Assembly: GCF_009914755.1 (NCBI RefSeq)
Contig: NC_060926.1
Source of the DNA: the human T2T-CHM13v2.0 reference genome, Homo sapiens
Length of the DNA stretch: 64,000 nt
Reading direction: 5' to 3' (one strand)
The position numbers were made by a program, and so were the translations under genes. This document shows, in pieces, positions 18,064-36,133 of this stretch. The stretch's first letter is position 1, and the number at the start of each line of letters is the position of its first letter. A model generated the notes under the pieces. That model had not been told where the DNA came from and did not search any database. It was given only the letters and a program-made list of their open reading frames with translations.

Positions 18064-18621
18064 ATTAGACTCAATCACTCAACACAATAACAACAAAAAG
18101 ATTTCCTGGGAGAGCTGTCTACACTCATGAGATGGTCCCAGTCTTCACAAACTTTACAAAATAAATGAGAAAAAGGAAAGACCCAGTGTCAAAATGAGTC
18201 TTGGAAGCAGTGATTTCTCTAAGATTCTGGAGGAAGACAAGACCACCTTCTAGATGGGTGGTGTAACTGTAATAGGTTTGTTGCCCAATGCACACAGCAA
18301 GTCAAAATGCTGAGATACCAGATTGCAGCAGAGAAACAGGTTTGATCACAGGGTCACCAAATGAACAGATGGGAGGGAACCTCAAATTCATCTCCCGGAG
18401 GAGTTTGGGGCTAGAGTTTTTAAGGGTTTTGGAGTGGTCCAAAGTGTGGAGATTGTTGATTGGTTGAAGAGTACAGGGTGAAGTCATGAGCCAGGGAGAG
18501 GAAGAAGCTGTATTCTCAGGCTGATCCTGCTCCTCTAGTGGGGCAGGTGGGGGATCTTCAAACTGGTTGCTAAGATTTGATGTCGAAAAACATCTTAAAT
18601 GATCCTTAAACAAAAGCCTTA

Positions 18622-19712
<1,091 letters not shown>

Positions 19713-19771
19713 GCCTATGATTCTAACGGCAGAGATCCTATCTATAGGAACAATAGAAATGCAAATCAGTT

Positions 19772-20637
<866 letters not shown>

Positions 20638-20767
20638 TCACACTGAAAAATCTATCTCCCACCTACAGCTCCTCCAGTCCTACTGTATGAAATACATGTT
20701 ATCATTCACATTCTACATGTCTGGGAATGTAAGTACTTTGAGGCTGAGACCATGTGGTATAATCGTT

Positions 20768-20769
<2 letters not shown>

Positions 20770-20800
<31 letters not shown>
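20770..20800. repeat. Poly(A)31 tract
   Basis: Direct reading. Confidence 0.95.
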
Positions 20801-20802
<2 letters not shown>

Positions 20803-21145
20803 AAGCAGTGTGTCTTGCGCAGGCCTGCAGAGGGAAGTGAGCCCTGGACTTTACAGACCAATATTCCCCTTGACCTCTGCCATCCTCAGAACAGAATGAG
20901 GGAGTGGTAAGAGGAGAGCCTGCTGTTTGCTGAGAACACACTTCCTGGGTGGGTACAGCTCTAGGCAGAGGAGAAAAATGGGAAGGAACCATCATCAGGC
21001 ATAATTCGTCACTTTTTAAAGAGGAAAAGACCAGGGAAGAAAAACTAACAAACAAATTAAGTGGCCTGGAGACTTTCTAAAGTCTTTTAACCTAGTGGGC
21101 AAAATAATATATTGGTTACTGTATCTACATTTTGAAAATACTATT

Positions 21146-21469
<324 letters not shown>

Positions 21470-21939
21470 TTAATTTTACGTTTGCATACACTTTTTTGAA
21501 GATTTAAAAAAATAAGAGCTTTACTGAGACAACTCACAATCATAAAATTCACCCTTTTAAACTATACAACCCAGTGGTTTTTAGTATATTCACAAAGTTG
21601 TACAACCATCACCACTATCTAATTCCAGAACATTTTCATCAAATATTCTAAAAGAAACTCTACCCATTAATAGTCACTCCTATTCCCCATTGGCCCCAGC
21701 CTCTGGCAACCTCCATTCTGCTTTCTATAGATTTGTCCATTCTGGACATTTCGTATAAATGAAATCATACAATATGTTGCCTTTTCTGTCTGACTTCTTT
21801 CACTTAGTTTAAAGTTTTCAAGGTTTATCAATGTTGTAGCATGTAGTACTCTATTCCTTTTTGTGGCTGAGTAACATTCCATTGTATGCATATGTCATAT
21901 TTTGTTTGTCCATTCATCAGTTGATGGGCATTTGGATGG

Positions 21940-22365
21940 TGTAGTTGGCCATTCTTGCATTGCTATAAAGAGATACCTAAGACTACGTAATTTATAAAGC
22001 AAAGAGGTTTAATTGGCTCACAGTTCTGCAAGCTGTACCAGCATGGTACTGGCATCTTCTTGGCTTCTGAGGAGGCCTCAGGAAGGTTTTACTCAAGGTG
22101 GAAGGCACAGAGGGAGCAGGTGTATCACATCGTGAAAGCAGGAGCAAGAAAGAGAGTGTAGGGGGAGATGCCACAAACTTTTAAATGAACAGATCTCTCA
22201 AGAACTCACTCACTATCATGAGGACAACACCAAGAGGATGGTGCTAAACCATTCATGAGAATTCTACCGCCATGATCCCATCACCTCCTACCAGGTTATA
22301 TCTTCAACACAGGGGATTACAATGCAACATAAGAATTGGCAGGGACATATATTCAAACTCTATCA
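21940..22365 (-). mobile_element. MST (A/B-like) solo LTR
   Basis: cattcttgcattgctataaagagatacc...tcaaactctatca; TSD gatgg/gattg. Confidence 0.85.
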
Positions 22366-22625
22366 GATTGTTTCCATTTTGTGGCTATTATGCATAATAT
22401 TGCTATGAACATTCATGTACAAGATTTTTTGGGAGCATATGTTTTCACTTCTCTAAGGTATATACCTAGGGGTGGAATTGTTAGGTCAAATAGAAACTCT
22501 ATGTTTAACTTTTTGAAGAGCTACCTACAACACTGTTCTCCACAGTGGTTGCATTATTTTACATCTCTACCAGCAATGTATGAAGCTTCCAATTTCTCCA
22601 TATCCTTACTAAAATTTGTTATTGC

Positions 22626-23198
22626 CTTTTTTTTTTTTGGTCACCCAGGCTGGAGTGCAGTAGCGCAATCATGGCTCACCGTAGCCTCGAACTCCTGGGC
22701 TCGAATGATACTCCTGCCTCAGCCTCTCAAGTAGCTAGGACTATAGACACACATCATCACACCCATCTAATTTTTAAGTTTTTTGTAGAGGCCAGGTGTG
22801 GTGGCCTTTGGGAGATCAAGGCATGCGGGATCACTTGAGGTCAGGTGTTTAAGACCAGCCTGGCCAACATGGTGAAACCTCATCTCTACTAAAAATACAA
22901 AAATTAGCCAGGTGTGGTAGTGCATGCCTGTAGTCCCAGCTACTTAGGAGGCTGAGGCAGGAGATTCACTTGAGCCCAGGAGGCGGAGGTTGCAATGAGC
23001 TGAGATGATGCCACTGCACTCCAGACTGGGCAAAAGAGCTAGACTTTGTCTATAAATAAATAAATAAGTAACTTTGTTGTAGAGACAAGGTCTCCATATG
23101 TTGTCCAGGCTGGTCTTGAACTCCCGGGCTCAAGCAATCCTCCTGCCTCAGCCCCGCAAAATGCTGGGATTATAGGCGTGAGCCACCACGCCTGGTCA
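22626..23198 (-). mobile_element. AluJ with an oppositely oriented AluS (22790-23068) nested inside
   Basis: Outer arms rejoin around tttttgtagag/ttgttgtagag. Confidence 0.88.
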
Positions 23199-23419
23199 TT
23201 ATTGTCTTTTTGATTATAGCCATCATAGTCAATGTGAAGTGGTACCCCATTATGGTTTTCTTAATAGCTAATGTTGTTGAGCATCTTTTCAAGTGTTTAT
23301 TAGTCATTGGTAGATCTTCTTTGAAGCACTGTCTATTCAGATCCTTTACCCATTTTTAAAATGGGTTTTCATTTTATTATTGAGCTGTAATAGTTCTTTA
23401 CATATTCTAGATACAAGTC

Positions 23420-24395
<976 letters not shown>

Positions 24396-24928
24396 AAATC
24401 TCTTATTGGATATATGATTTCGAAAAATTGCTTCCCACGTGGATTGTCTTTTCGCTTTCTTGATGCTGTCTTTTGAAGAGCAAATGTTTTTAATTTTTGT
24501 AATGTTCAGTTTACCTATTTTTTCTTTTGTTGTTGTTTGTACTTTTGGTGCCATATGTAAGAAACCTAAAGTCATGAAGATGTACACTTATGTATGCTTC
24601 TAAGAATTTATAGTTTTAACTTTTAAATTTATGGGTTTTTTTTTTCCATTTTGAGTTAATTTTTCATGTGGTTGAGGTAGGGGTTCAATGTCATTCTTTT
24701 ACGTGTAAATATCCAATTGTCCCACAACCAATGTGACATGTTAAAAAGATTATTTTCCCATTAAATTGTCTTGGGACATTTGCTGAAAATCAATTGACTA
24801 TAATGTAAACATTTATTTCTGGATTTTCAAGTCTATTCCATTGATCTACATGTCTACGCCTATGTCAGTATTACATAGTCTTGATTATTGTAGCTATGTT
24901 TGTTTTGAAATTAGAAAATGTGAGTCCC

Positions 24929-25241
<313 letters not shown>

Positions 25242-25607
25242 TTATTCTTTTTCAAGATTGTTTTCGCTACTCTCAGTTTCTTGCATTTCCACAGGAATTT
25301 GAGATCAGCTTGTCAATTTCCATTAAAAAAAAAAAAAAAAAGCCAGGTAGGATTTTGATAGGAATTGCACTGAATCTGTAGATCACTTTGAATAATATTG
25401 CCATTTTAATAATATTAACTCTTATAATCTATGATCATATGTATGTTTTTCACTTATTTAGGTCTACTTTAATTTCTTTCAAAAACATTTTGTAGTTTCT
25501 AGCATTCAAATCTTATACTTCTTTTGTTAAGCTTATTCCAAAGTATTTGATTATTTTAGATGCTATCCTAAATGGAATTTGCATAAACATTGTTAAATGG
25601 AGTTAAC

Positions 25608-25749
25608 TTTGTTTTTTTTTTAAAGTTTTTGTAGAGATGAGGTCTCACTATGTTGCCCAGGCTGGTCTCAAACTCCTGGGCTCAAAGGATCTTCCCACCT
25701 TGGCCTTCTAAAGTGCTGGGATTACAGGTACAAGCCACCACACCCAGCC
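25608..25749 (-). mobile_element. FLAM / Alu left monomer
   Basis: TSD aaatggagttaac. Confidence 0.85.
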
Positions 25750-26763
25750 AAAATGGAGTTAACATTTAGTTAAATGTTTATGGGAAAAAGAGTTACAGTT
25801 TTAAAAGTTAGAGTTTTACAGGTGATTTTCTTGTAGTGGCAATCATTAAAACTTCCCCACAAAATTTTCCTATTGGTTTTTCATCACTTTGCTCACATTT
25901 TCCTTTCCTTTCTACCCATACCTTTGCCTTAATACACTCAAGACATGTATGGACAAGCTCTAAGCGGTCTAAGGTGAACAAAAGAAAAGGGAAGGAGAAT
26001 AAACAAGACCAACTGTTTCTGTTTGCCTAACAGCTGAGGCCTTTTTTATCTAGCCTCGTACATGCAAACTGCACCATGTAAGATGTTATATCCCAAGCTT
26101 CTTCCTCGAAAAAAATTGCCTAAATAGAGAAACATGCCTACGGAAGTCAAGAGCTTTCTGCAATTTGCATTTGTGCTGTATTAATTGTGGCTGAGGCCCA
26201 CCTCAGCCATAGGCAAAAAAGCTGCCATCCGTAAGATCCATTTTCATGCATTTAAAGAACAAACTACTCAGGAATGATTCCCTTACCTGAGTGAGTTTGG
26301 TACTTACAGACCCCAGCTTCCAGAATGGAGGTTGATTCCTTCTGCTTGAGGCATTAGGGATTAAAAGCAGTTGGCTCTGAGAAGGCTTATTTAGTAAACC
26401 TTAGAAATCTTTTACACCTGAGTGTTTTTACTTCCCCCATGAGGTCTCCAAAGCATTTTTCAACTGAGAAAAGGGCAGGAGAGTATCTGACCAGGCAGAG
26501 CAAACTCGCTCCTGTACCTAAAACACCTGCTCTGACCACAACTGCAACTCACAAGTTAGAGCATGCTCCAGGTGCAGAGGACAGTGCGAGGATGTGATTT
26601 AAGCATTAGATCCAGCCTCCTTGTCCTCATATTTCACCACTGATGAGCAACACTTCTAGTTGGAACTGATTTTCCGTAATCTTGCCTTTCCTGGTCTCCA
26701 TGGGTGTGAAATACACCAAAAAAGCATAAAATGGCCTAACAAGGAAAAAGTAGAGAAATAAAG

Positions 26764-28125
26764 TGTCGACAAAAAGAATCAAAGTCTGTAAAATATTTGC
26801 AGATTTATTCTGAGCCAAATATTACAGCAGGACAAGCTGCAGACAAAACCCCTCAGACACCGAGTTAAAGAAGGAAGGGCTTTATTAGGCCGGGAGCTTT
26901 GGCAAGACTCATGTCTCCAACAACTGAGCTCTCCGAGTGAGCAATTCCTGTCCCTTTTAAGGGCTCACAACTCTAAGGGGTCTGCGTGAGAGGGTCATGA
27001 TCAATTGAGCAAGCAGGGGGTACATGACTGGGGGCTGCATGCACCGGTAATCAGAACAGAACAGGACAGGGATTTTCACAGTGCTTTTCTATATAATGTC
27101 TGTAATCTATAGATAACATAACCGATTAGGTCAGGGGTCGATCTTTAACTACCAGGCCCAGGGTGTGGCGCCGGGCTGTCTGCTTGTGGATTTCATTCCT
27201 GCCTTTTAGTTTTTACTTCTTTCTTTGGAGGCAGAAATTGGGCATAAGACAATATGAAGGGTGGTCTCCTCCCTTAATATGAGTGACCGATGGCCTGTGA
27301 CACAGCCCTCAGGAGATCCTGAGGATATGTGCCCAAGGTGGTTGGGCTACAGCTTGGTTTTAAACATTTTAGGAAAACATACGACATCAATCAATACATG
27401 TAGGATGTACGCTGATTTGGTCTGGAAAGGCAGGACAACTCAAAGCAAGGTGGGGCTTTCAGGTCACAGGTGGATTCAAAGACTTTCTGATTGGCAATTG
27501 GTAGAAAGAGGTTAAGTTATTGTCTAAAGATCTAGAATCAATAGAAGGGAATGTCTGGGTTAAGATAAGGGGTTGTGGAGACCCCTTAATTGTTCCCCTT
27601 AAATGAGAACCGAGGTTCCCATTACACAATATAAGCCTCCAGGTAGCAGGCTTCAGAGAGAATAGATTGTAGATGTTTCTTATCAGAGTTGATTCTCTCC
27701 TGGATCAAGAAAGAGGCCTCTAAAAGAAAGAGGATTCTCTTCAGAATGTAGATTTTCCCCACAAGAGACAGCTTTGCAGGATTATTTCAAGATATGGCAA
27801 AGAAACATAATTTGGGGGCAAAATACTTCAATTTCTTTCAGGGCCTCTTACCTGTGATGTGATGCTATACTAGAGTTAGGCTGGAATTCGATATCTCTTA
27901 TTGCTACAAAAGGTCTGTTTTGTCAGTCTTGGGATCTGTTTTAATGTTAATGCTGGTCAGCTGTGCCTGAACTTCATAAGGGAGGAGGGTATAATGAGGT
28001 ATATCTGACTCCTCCTTTCCATCATGGCCTGAACTAGTTTTTCAGGTTAACTCTGGAATGCCCTTGGCTGACAGGAAGGATCCATTCAGATGGCTGGGGA
28101 CTTAGAATTTTATTTTTAGTTTTCA
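26764..28125 (-). mobile_element. MER4-family ERV1 solo LTR (~0.9 kb) interrupted by LTR2
   Basis: agatttattctgagccaaatat|gagtgacc ... cttagaattttatttttagttttca; perfect 4-bp TSD aaag. Confidence 0.85.
26823..27276 (-). mobile_element. LTR2 (HERV-E/Harlequin) solo LTR
   Basis: Reverse reads taagggaggagaccaccc..catattgtcttatgcccaatttctgcc; perfect 4-bp TSD atat. Confidence 0.92.
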
Positions 28126-28413
28126 AAAGTCAGACAGCCCACAACCTAGGCAATCCATCTCCTGATATATGGAGACTGACTAGTTGAAAATCGTCAAGAC
28201 TGTGGTTTTAATGGAGTTTTATGATAGAAGCCAGGTGCATAGTACTATAAATTGAGCCACTTCTTAACCATATCTTAAGCCAAAATATTAGGGGTCACAA
28301 GTCCCCTAAATAATGTGCAATTTGGAAATAACATCTAGATGTAACCCCAGACTTGTCCGAAGGTGTCATTCTTCTGCTATGTCACCAAAATTCCAACACT
28401 CAAAATTGATCTC

Positions 28414-28785
28414 TGATGTGGTTTGGCTGTGTCCCCACCCAGATCTCATCTTGAATTGTAATCCCATAATCCCCACATGTCATGGGAGGGACATGATGGA
28501 GGTAATTGAATCATGGGGGTGGTTTCCCCATGCTGTTCTTGTGATACTGAGTTTGTTCTCAGGAGATCTGATGGTTTTATAAGGGGCTTTTTCCTCCTTC
28601 ACTCAGCACTTCTCCTTCCTGCTGCCATGTGAAGAAGGACGTGTTTGCTTCCCCTTCCACCATGATTGTAAGTTTCCTGAGGCCTCTGCAGCCATGCAGA
28701 ACTATGAGTCAATTAAGCCTCTTTCCTTTATAAATTACCCAGTCTCGGGTATGTCCTTATAGCAGCATGAGAAGGGACTAATACA
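28414..28785 (+). mobile_element. THE1 (D-like) solo LTR
   Basis: tgatgtggtttggctgtgtcccc...gactaataca; TSD atctc/atttc. Confidence 0.9.
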
Positions 28786-29064
28786 ATTTCCAGTCACTGA
28801 TAGAACATCAGGAAAAAGCCAAACCTGTAAATAAGGGAAAAGCAGAAACCCTCTAAAAAATACTCTGAGCTTGAATATTCAATATTTTGTTCTAGCATTA
28901 TGTAGCTGTGATACACATGAGGGTTTTTGTCTACCTGAATTGTCTGAGGTCTGGTGCCATATACAGGATATTCCTGAGAACTTTCTTTGAAAGAGCATAT
29001 GTCAGGCTGGGCTTTATCTTCCACAACAACTGTAAAAAAAAATTAACATTATTAATGGAAAATT

Positions 29065-29331
29065 ATTTTTTTTTTCTGCTGGCATGCCGTGGTGTAATCC
29101 TAGCTCATTGCAGCCCCAAATTTCTGGGCTCAAGGGATCATCCTGCTTCAGCTTCCTCAGTAGCTGGGACTACAGGTGTGTGCCACCATGCCTGGCTAAT
29201 ATTTTTATTTCTTGTAAAGACGAGGTCTTACTGTGTTGCCCAGGCTGGTCACAAACTCACAGCTTCAAGCTATCCTCCCATCTCAGCCTCCCAAAGTGCT
29301 AGGATTACAGGCGCAAGCCACCAAGCCTGGC
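29065..29331 (-). mobile_element. AluJ (degenerate)
   Basis: Reverse Alu body. Confidence 0.85.
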
Positions 29332-29664
29332 TGGAAAGCTATTTCTTGAGTGTACTTTCTTTAACTGGATATCTAGCACAATTTACCCCAATACCCGTCC
29401 AGAAGAAGAAGTACTTTTCGCTTTAAAAATAGAGCCACAGATGCTCATACTTGATCCAAAGAATAAACCTCGAATGTGGTCCTAGGGCTTCTGATTCCCT
29501 GCTCCAGAATCCATGGAAGCTGGGAGAGGGGACGGTTCTCAGAGTGAAAATCTGGCCCCCTACTGGCAGCTTTGGGAAGTCTGAGAGGTCCTGGACATGT
29601 GGGAGTTAAACTGGACTCTGAGCTATAGTTTTCCTTTCAAATGTTTCCATTTTGATAAAGCCAT

Positions 29665-30095
29665 CGGGGCAGAGACTGCTGGCTGTCCAACAAAACTGGC
29701 CCTCCTTTCTACTTGGACCCAAGGCTGGAGTCTATTTTCCAGCTTCCTTTGTAGTCTGGAGTGGCCATGAGATCAAATGCTTGCCAGTGGAAGTAGAAAA
29801 GAAAGATAGGTCCCTATTCCAGGCTTGGCGTGTAAAGCCCCTCATGTGGTCTTCTCCATGCCCTTTGCCTCCTTCCTTCTAGCTGGGATGGTACCAATCA
29901 GAGCCCCTCTGGATGCCAAGTAGGAGAGATGGCAGGGCTACCAGGAGCCTGGGCCCCTGAGTGACTGTGTGGAGCAGAGTCCTGCTGACCTAGAACTCCT
30001 GCATTGGACTATTAGTGAGAGAAAGAAAGTGTCTGCCTTGAACTATCACATGTTAAGGCCTGTTGGTTGCAGCAGTTTAGCTTTTGACCCAAGTC
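29665..30095 (+). mobile_element. Old MLT1 (I/J-like) LTR
   Basis: tattttccagcttcctttg...ggccatgaga; agcctgggcccctgagtgactgtgtggagcagag. Confidence 0.65.
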
Positions 30096-30174
30096 ACTGA
30101 CATCACATTAATCACTTTTACTGTTTACCCTCTGTGATATTATGACAGAGGGTCATAATTTACTGTTTACCCTC

Positions 30175-30818
30175 TGTGATATTATTATATATTTGGTCTT
30201 CCTACCATTTTCTGGCATATAACTCCTAAAATCCTTGAAATCTCCAGAGTGCTATCTTTTTGTGTGTTAATGATGACTGACAGCTCAACATTAGGGATGG
30301 GGCTGGTCACTGGAAAGACCAAGGCAGGATTAGAGAGTTGGGACTTTCAGCCCTACCCCTGCCCTCCAGGAAGGGAAGAGGGGCTGAAGGTTAAGTTGAT
30401 CATCAATGGCTAATTGTTTAATCAATCATGCCTATGTAATGAAGCCTCCATAAAAACCCAAGAGGACAGGGTTCAGAGTGTTTCCAGAAAGTTGAACACA
30501 TGAAGGTTCCTGGAGGGTGGTGCCCTGGAGAGGGCATGGAAGCTCCATGCCCCTTCCCTTAAACCTTGTACTACACATCTCTTCATCTGTATCCTTTGTA
30601 ATATCCTTTATAATAAGCCAGTAAACATAAGTGTTTCCCTGAGTTCTGTGAGCCACTCTATTAAATTAATTGAACTCAAAGACAGGGTTGTAGGAACCCC
30701 AACTTGAAGCCAGTTGGTCAGAAGTTCCAGATGCTCGGACTTGCAACTGGTGTCTGAAGGTGAGGGGGCAGTTTTGGGGACTGAGCCCTCAACCTGTGGG
30801 ATCTGATACTATCTCCCA
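30175..30818 (+). mobile_element. MER21-family LTR (3' truncated)
   Basis: ggggctggtcactggaaagaccaaggc...gtaatgaagcctccataaaaaccc...ttccctgagttctgtgagcc. Confidence 0.82.
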
Positions 30819-30988
30819 TGTTAAGAGAAAACCAAATCCTGTAAAATATTTTAAAGAGGTTTATTCTGAGCCAATATGAATGACCGCAGCCTGGAGGAAA
30901 AATGAACCCAAGAAGCCTTGAATAAGTGGTTCCGAGGTGGTCAGGTTACAGTTTAGTTTTATGTATTTTAGGGAGATGGGAGTTACAG
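30819..30988 (-). mobile_element. MER4-group ERV1 LTR fragment
   Basis: ctgtaaaatattttaaagaggtttattctgagccaatatg, similar to the 26764 LTR end. Confidence 0.65.
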
Positions 30989-31013
30989 CTTTTAAGTCAC
31001 TGAAGTTCTGCTA

Positions 31014-31437
<424 letters not shown>

Positions 31438-31662
31438 TCAGACTTCACAGAAGGGCTGGAACACAGGTGTTTTCCAGTGGGGTAGATTCCTGTCAGGGGT
31501 AGTGTTTCCCACCGTGGGAAGCTATCAACCCCCAGGTTTTCCCTCCCACTCCCAGTCCCACCCCCGCCCCAGCCCCCACTGAGCCAGCTGGCATGTGAAA
31601 TAGGAACCTCTTCAGCTCCACTTCCAGCTTCTGCAGAGTTAACAGTAATGCAAGCTAAGGGG

Positions 31663-31676
31663 GTTGCCAAGGTGAC
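31663..31676. promoter_or_regulatory. RFX X-box-like motif GTTGCCAAGGTGAC
   Basis: Reverse GTCACC-TT-GGCAAC fits GTNRCC(N0-3)RGYAAC; lies in unique sequence near a GC/KLF box (~31555-31580). Confidence 0.35.
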
Positions 31677-32334
31677 TTGGTGGGTCTGCGGTGAACAGAG
31701 AGTGGAACCGAAGGCTCCTGTTCCCAAGGTGTCCTTGTCACCACACACGCAGCCCTTTCACTCCATAAAAGAGAGGAGGGCATGCTGCCACATGCTCAGA
31801 GCACGGGGAAGGACAAGAACAGCCTTATTCTGACACCTCCCATGTCAAGCTGAGACATTCCTGACCCCTAGAGCTTCTCCTCTCATGGGAGGACAATTAG
31901 CATGGCTCACCTAGGAGGAGAGGCACACACAGTCAGAACTGCCCAGGGAAAGAGCTGAAGAGAAACAGAGGAAGCAAACATTTCATATGGCTATGACCTA
32001 CCCATTGCAAAACGCCTCCAACCTCATGAACAGCACTCACTTGCTTTGAGCTCACAAGCGTTTTTTTTCTGTTTAATAATAGCAAGAAGATTTTATGATG
32101 TGAAACTGCCCATAAGCCATTTTTCCCAGATCCAGTGGTGACGTTAATCAACTGTGGGTCTGTGACAAATAACCAGAGAGAAGTAGGTCAACAAGCAAAA
32201 CCCACTGAGCATAAACTGTACCTCTATGGAAAAGAAAAGCAGCTAACTTTAAGTACTATGTTTCTAAGCTAGTATTTGTGTTAGCAAATTAATTAATTGT
32301 AGAAATATTATTCAGAATTTAGAAGTGACTTCTA

Positions 32335-32693
32335 GGTTGGGCAAGGTGGCTCACCTGTAGTTCCAGCACTTTTGGGAGGCCAAGGAAGGAGGATTGTTTG
32401 AGATTAGGAGTTAGAGACGAGCCTGGGCAACATAGTGAGACCTCCATCTCTTAAAAAAAAAAAAAAGTTAGCTGGGCATGGTGGTGCATACCTGTTGTCC
32501 TAGCTACTCAGGGAGACTAAGGCAGGAGGATGGCTTGAACCCAGGTGTTCAACGCTGCGATACTGTGATTGCATCACTGCACTCTAGCCTGGGAGACAGA
32601 GCATGACCCCATCAAAAAAGGAAGAAAGGAAAGAAAGAAAGAGAAGAAGGAAAGAAAGAAAAAAAGGAAGGAAAGAAAAGAAGGAAAGAAAGG
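32335..32693 (+). mobile_element. AluJ with (GAAA)n tail
   Basis: Dimer plus purine microsatellite. Confidence 0.9.
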
Positions 32694-32700
32694 ACTATGG

Positions 32701-32994
32701 TTTTTCTTTTCTTTTTTTTTTTTCTTTGAGACAAGGTCTTGCTCTGTCACCCAGGCTGGAGTGCTGTGGTGCAAACATGGCTCACTGCAGCCTCCACCTC
32801 CTGGGCTCAAGCAATTCTTCCTCCGCCTCCTGAATAGCTGAGACCATAGGTGCCTGCCACTGCACCCGGCTAATTTCTTAAACTTTTTTGTAGAGATGGT
32901 TCTCACCATGTTGCCCAGTCTGGTCTCGAGAGATCCTCCCATCTCAGCCTTCCAAAGTGCTGGGGTTACAGGCATGAGCCACCGTGCCCAGCCT
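32701..32994 (-). mobile_element. AluJ
   Basis: Reverse dimer. Confidence 0.9.
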
Positions 32995-33316
32995 TTAGTT
33001 TTCCCAAATGAATCAACTTACATGTATGTTTTGGGTGGTCAGTGCAAAGCTCAGGTGGGGATTAGGAAACAGGAGCTCCAGCTCAGCTTGAGCACGAGTT
33101 CTGACTACAAGGGGCTTGCAGCCCCTCAGTCGGGTTGCTCACTTATCTGTGTACCTAGGGCCCTTTGCAGTTCTGCAGCCTGCAGTTCTCCCCAAGGGGG
33201 GCTGAGGGCCCCCTGAGAGGAGATGCTGGACCCCAGCCCAGTCAGGGCTGGATGAGGAGGATGCCCTCACACATGGTGATGTTGTTCAGTGTCTCAAAGC
33301 AACTCTCAAAGCCTAA

Positions 33317-33696
<380 letters not shown>

Positions 33697-34246
33697 TTCT
33701 GATTTATTTTGAATGCAGTCCTTGATGTTTTTTTCCCCAGCTCCTGACCTTTAAGCATTTCAGTGGTTACCTGAGCTCTCCCCTCCTCCTGAATCTCTCT
33801 TAAAAGTCTTCAGTGTTGAATTTCATGGTCACTCTAAGGTTAAGTGTGGAATTGTCTTACTGCCTTTCTTTGCCTAGTGCTTTATCATTTCAGAGGAAAA
33901 CTACACTTCCCTGCTTCCATCACCCCACAGCAGACAAAAAGACATTTGCAGAATCATCAACTTTTAATGATTCTGCTGAAACTGGGCTCCTCGGAGGGCC
34001 GCTAATGGAGAATGTGTGTCTGCTTTGAGATTCACAACCGTCCCCCAGGCGGCTCAGGTTCCTACGTGGCCCCTTTATCAAATCTGACCATCAGAGACCA
34101 TGGTGAGATGGATTTCAGCTGAGGCCCTTCGGTGCGGGAAGCAATCAGAATGGGTTGGCTGAAGGTTTCAGGTGTGCTGAGCTCTGGGCTCTGGGAGAGA
34201 GGCATGTTCAGAGCAGCGAGCCACACTGGGCCGGGAGCCTGTATGA

Positions 34247-34884
<638 letters not shown>

Positions 34885-34986
34885 GTTTGAGTCCTAGAAA
34901 TAAAATTTTTTGACCCCCAAATATGAAAAGAAAAATGGGAAAGTCAAATTAATATTCATTTATAACACCAAATAGTAACAGCACTA

Positions 34987-35295
<309 letters not shown>

Positions 35296-35759
35296 TCAGC
35301 CCCTCATGGAGGGCCCACCAGGCTGGTGGGGCCCCTAAACACTGAACTGATGTCTTCCACTTGGGTGAAGGCCTACCCTTGTACAAACCTGTTGTGCCTT
35401 CTACAAGTGTGCACCCCTGGTATCCTAGTCTCTGTCCTGAGTCCAGCTTTCAGTCTTGGATTCTTAGCATAAATTCCCCTTTTTGCTTAATCCAGCTTGA
35501 ATTGGTTATTTACTTACAAACTAAACTCTTAATTAAGGCAAAAATCCAAGCTTCTTGGCCAGCCCCATCCTCTTCCCACAGTTGGGGAATCTAGTTAGTT
35601 GGTTCAAGAAAGCAATGAAAATATTCAAAGCATTCAAATCAATTTCCACAGTAGGCTGGTTTGGGGTTTCCACTTGGCTAGGCACTTTTGCTGAAATTAT
35701 CCAAATAAATAATTGTTGCCTATTATATAGGCTTGTTTTTATGGTGTTTATTGTTTAGG

Positions 35760-35875
35760 GTCTGCATTTTCCTGCTAGAATGTAAGTTCCACGTGGGGTA
35801 GGAATCTTTATTTTCCTCACTGTTTTATCAAGTGCCTAGTAGATGCTCAATAAATATGTTGTGGAAGAATGATAA
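35760..35875 (+). mobile_element. L2 3' end
   Basis: ctagaatgtaagttcca...agtgcctagtagatgctcaataaatat. Confidence 0.65.
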
Positions 35876-35935
35876 ACAGTTTCACTAGAAACATTCAGGC
35901 CTAATATTAATCCTAATATCAGAAGTAACTGTGTT

Positions 35936-36060
35936 ACCTGTAGTCTCAGCTACTCAGAAGGCTGAGGCAGGAGGATGGCTTGAGCTCAGGAGTTGGAGGC
36001 CAGCCTGGGTGACACAGCCAGACAGACCCTGTCCGTGAAAAAAGAAAAAAGAAAAAAAGA
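35936..36060 (+). mobile_element. Alu monomer fragment (FLAM-like)
   Basis: cctgtagtctcagctact...gaccctgtc plus A-rich tail. Confidence 0.75.
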
Positions 36061-36133
36061 ATGCTGTTAGTTCACTATTAACTAAACTTTTTACATCATT
36101 TTCAAAGAGATTGATGAGCAAAAGCTAGATTTA

